A DNA stretch of 64,000 nt from Azolla caroliniana. Lineage: Eukaryota; Plantae; Polypodiophyta. A program made the position numbers and the translations under genes. Where the stretch lies: assembly GCA_043228905.1 (NCBI GenBank), contig JBHGNT010000016.1, forward strand, positions 8,494,001 to 8,558,000, read 5' to 3'. Positions 61,150-64,000 of the stretch are shown here, piece by piece; the stretch's first letter is position 1; each line of letters begins with the position of its first letter. The notes beneath the pieces are model-generated. The model was not told the DNA's origin and made no database searches. It was given only the letters and a program-made list of their open reading frames with translations.

Positions 61150-62850
61150 TCAGTCTTCCTCCAAAATATCGAGCACACTCTGCTCGATGGTGTCAAGTGG
61201 TGCTTCTTCCTCCTGTTCCTGTTCCTTGCCTGCCTGGTCTCCGACCTCCGGTTGGGTAGGCTGTTCCGTAAAAATTTGCTGCTCCGGCTCTGCTTGATTC
61301 TATGGTGCCTGTGTCGTGCCTTTCGGCTCCGGATCGTTTGCGTGAGTCGGGTGGGAATCACCAGGGTTTTGGACTAGGAGAAAGAAAAATACAAATAAAG
61401 CTAGTAAAGAATAGGTATAAAGAGTTATAAGATAAAAATCTCGTGAATCCCACGAGTTTAGTATATTTAGTCAATATTTAGGTAGTAAGAGAGAATTATT
61501 TTAGCAAATTCGTGAATCCCACGAATATTTTAGATTGATTGATCATTATAGAAAAATAATCAACAAAAACTACAATGTGTTCCCCATCCTTATATAGTGA
61601 TGGGAGAGACTAAGCATAACTACATGCTTTTTCTAATATGTTCATGCACACTAAATGTGCATGTGATGCTTTTCTAATCCTTGCTTTTATTTGCTAAATA
61701 TAGTGCTCATGCACGCTAGATGTGCATGAGTCACTTTTTAGTTGCTTGCGTTTTTCTATAAAATATTCACGCACTCTAAAAATGCACGATTTACCTTTTA
61801 GTAAAGGTAGGTGCAAATAAAGCACTTATAGTTATTAAATCTATTTGTAGAACACTAAAGATAAGGTAGCATAATGGTAAAGTTGAGATTTGGCTACGTG
61901 GAGGTACAAGGTTCGAATCTTGCCCTATGCACGTGATAAATATCTTGATATTCTTATTTTATTTATTTATATGTAATTAAATCGGTTATATTATTTTTAC
62001 TTTTTCACGTAGTGTACGAAATACACTACGACACCGGTGCTTCCTCACCGCTTCGTCCGGGTTCTTCCTGTTCTCCCTCCGTTCCTGGCTCTGTTCTGTT
62101 ACCGGTGTCGCTTTCTCCGGTCTCGACTGGTCGACTCGATATGCCTCCTTCCTCTGCTCTGGTGTCTTCCGGTCTCAGCTCTTCTTCTTCTCCGGCATCG
62201 GTCGACTCCTGCTCTTCTTCAAGTTCGTCTTCGGGTATTCCTCGTCGGGGTTGTTCGGTGTCGGTTGGTTCATCTTCAGCCGGTCGCTCTCCCTCACTTA
62301 TCGTGATTGGTGTCGTTCTTCCCTTAGCTTCCTGTCGTAACCGGTCCTGCTCGTATCTCTCCAACTCCAACTGAGTTGCGAGCTGCCCGTCATCCAACCT
62401 CTCTACCAACCCTCGGATTTCTTTGAGGTGTTCTTCTGCTAAAGTGTAGAAATCCTCCGACAATTCTTCCCGAATGGCGACGATACTTTCTTCATCCATC
62501 TTGTAGAACTTGTCACCGGTCTTCCTCCGATTCTCGGCATCCGCTCGGAGTGTCTGCAGCTCGGCTGCCTGTTGTGACCACTACTTCCATAGCTTTTCCA
62601 TACTTTCGTTGATGCTTGCCTGAGCTCGGGTACTCCATCCTGACATGATGAGCTTGATTCGGTCAACCCCTGCCTTAGCATGCGCATAAGCTTCCTGCTT
62701 TTCCTTCCTTGCCCATTTTATAATGTCGGCCATTATCTGAGCCTGGGCCTCGTAATCTGCTTTCTGCTTTTCATAGGTACTCTGCAGTTTGCTGATCGTG
62801 AAGGTCGATTTTTCCTTTTCTTCATTCCTGATCTTGGATCGTGGTCGCCA
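61150..62850 (-). pseudogene. ~325-codon coiled-coil/acidic ORF of the non-autonomous element, disrupted by two TAG stops and a solo LTR
   Basis: ORFs 62581-62913 and 62026-62499 share a frame across one TAG. Removing the solo LTR and its 4-bp TSD continues EEAPAP*NQAEPEQ...LDILEED*. No gag/pol motif was recognised. Confidence 0.6.
61312..62033 (-). mobile_element. Solo LTR of the TGTCGT...ACGACA Gypsy family
   Basis: Inverted termini TGTCGT/ACGACA; flanks cctg/ccgg (4-bp TSD with 1 mismatch); homologous to 5353-5545 and 12378-12662. Confidence 0.8.
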
Positions 62851-64000
62851 AAATAGTGTTGTCTGTCTGGCCGGACTAGCCTCAACACAGGTGTCTATCC
62901 GACACTTCTCCAAAGGGGTGGTAAGGATTGGATGCTAGGTTACACGCGTAAGATGATTACAATTAAGCACAGACGGTAAACAATACGAGATACAGATAAA
63001 CACGCAATAATTACTATTGTATTACTTCCGTCCCCCCTTTACAAATCATCGGATCCTTTTATAGGCATCCGGCAAAGTTACAATCGGTGCGCTTAGGCAA
63101 CCGACATCCGAATCGGTCCGGATCCGGATCGGTACCACTGTACCAGATCCGTCCCTCCGAATAATAATTCTACTATTATTTACTTCCTATTATCCGATCC
63201 GATTCCGCCTTCCCACTTGTCCTTGCTCTTCTGACCGGCCAACAATTGGTTCCACAATCGTCGGGTCCAGGCACCCGATCTCCTCCGATGAGAATGCGAA
63301 GGCCTTCCCTTGCCTCCCGAGCATTCTCCGAAACCAGTCCTCCTCCACCGGTAGTAGGAAGCCACCCCCACCGATCTTGAGCTCCTGTAGCATTTCGTTG
63401 GTGAACTGGTGTCCTATGCCGGCCGGATTTCGTAAACTTGGGTCCGACGCGACCCCCTTCATCTGTTCCTCGCTACCCTTTGGCAAGGGAGCTGCGACTG
63501 GCCTCACCTTTCGGTCCATAGTCATGTACTTCGTACCTACGCAGGCCGTTCGATCTGACTCGACCTTTTCCCCAAAGTTGGCAATGACTTCGTAAATTTC
63601 TACGGACCTAACCGGAATCACCCGGTCTTCACATGGGCCTCCTTTGAAGACCTTCCTTATCTCTTCTAGGGTGTTGTCGAAAGAGACTGCCTCCACGGCG
63701 CTGCTAATCTCTTCGTCGGGGTTGAGAGCTCCGCACGCCCTAAGACACTTCTCTGCTCGCTTCCTTTCTTGGTTGTTGACGCCGGTTATCGTACAACCTC
63801 TGCTATCGGAGAACCAAAACTTCCTACCTATGGCACACGTGTGGGGTTCTTCCGGGGTGTCCGGACTATCGCGGCCCCACGCCTTGATAGCCCTCTCTAA
63901 AACTCCTCTTGGCCATCACTACCGAGAGTCTCACGGGTGCGCTCGTGGTTCGGTCGTACTGTCAAGAATTGGACGGAGTGATGCCCATCTTGGCTTTTCA

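Larger units (their letters stand above)
60712..63244 (-). mobile_element. Non-autonomous LTR element (388-bp LTRs, TSD ATTGG) with opposing tRNA-Arg-like PBS motifs and no PPT
   Basis: LTRs 60712-61099 and 62857-63244 (about 10 mismatches); TSD 60707-60711 / 63245-63249; TGGCGACCAC (minus, 62850-62841) and TGGCACGCCCGTGGGA (plus, 61102-61117). Confidence 0.9.
57081..64000 (-). mobile_element. Degenerate Ty3/Gypsy ('FLDD' lineage), interrupted by element 60712-63244; 3' LTR ~57081-57836
   Basis: RT FTVPKKNGALRFIQDLQP...MPFLDDIPIKGC; RNase H; integrase GHRGTWAT...CESCQ...KWMVDLV; PPT GGTGGGGGTGGA followed by TGTCGTGG. The RT rejoins across the insert (LDPTIVEP|MVIFTVPH). Confidence 0.92.

Noticed and set aside
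57081-64000. Horizontal transfer from fungi suggested by fungal-like Gypsy RT and Tcn1 elements
   Set aside because: Such lineages are already known from seed-free plants, and transfer cannot be tested without a phylogeny.

Overview
Eukaryotic plant genomic DNA. The retroelement lineages suggest a seed-free plant such as a fern (inference). One intact host gene is present: a vacuolar class-I Na+(K+)/H+ antiporter (NHX1/2-type) on the minus strand, 41933->31171, with 14 coding exons and 548 aa. It lies between two dense stacks of nested retroelements. These include a young, intact Tnt1/Tork-like Copia (16240-21768, LTRs 307/308 identical, TSD GTCTT) inside a second Copia (13090-23978, TSD GTAGA), plus degenerate Copia, Tcn1-like chromovirus, 'FLDD'-type Gypsy, LINE and SINE remnants. 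Four signals stand out. (1) A small non-autonomous LTR element (60712-63244, TSD ATTGG) has no polypurine tract. It carries tRNA-Arg 3'-end motifs next to both LTRs in opposite orientations. Its 40-nt tRNA-like module is 34/40 identical to one in a second element with dissimilar LTRs (3157-3196), suggesting tRNA priming of both cDNA strands. (2) A minimal type-I hammerhead ribozyme (7536-7593) sits behind a TATA box inside a 2.2-kb foldback, and the mirror arm has lost the catalytic core. (3) tRNA-like A/B-box cassettes occur in the U3 of two different Gypsy LTR families. (4) A Copia family has a conserved PPT-enclosing hairpin and an acidic/basic Pol tail. All calls were made by eye; no database searches were run.
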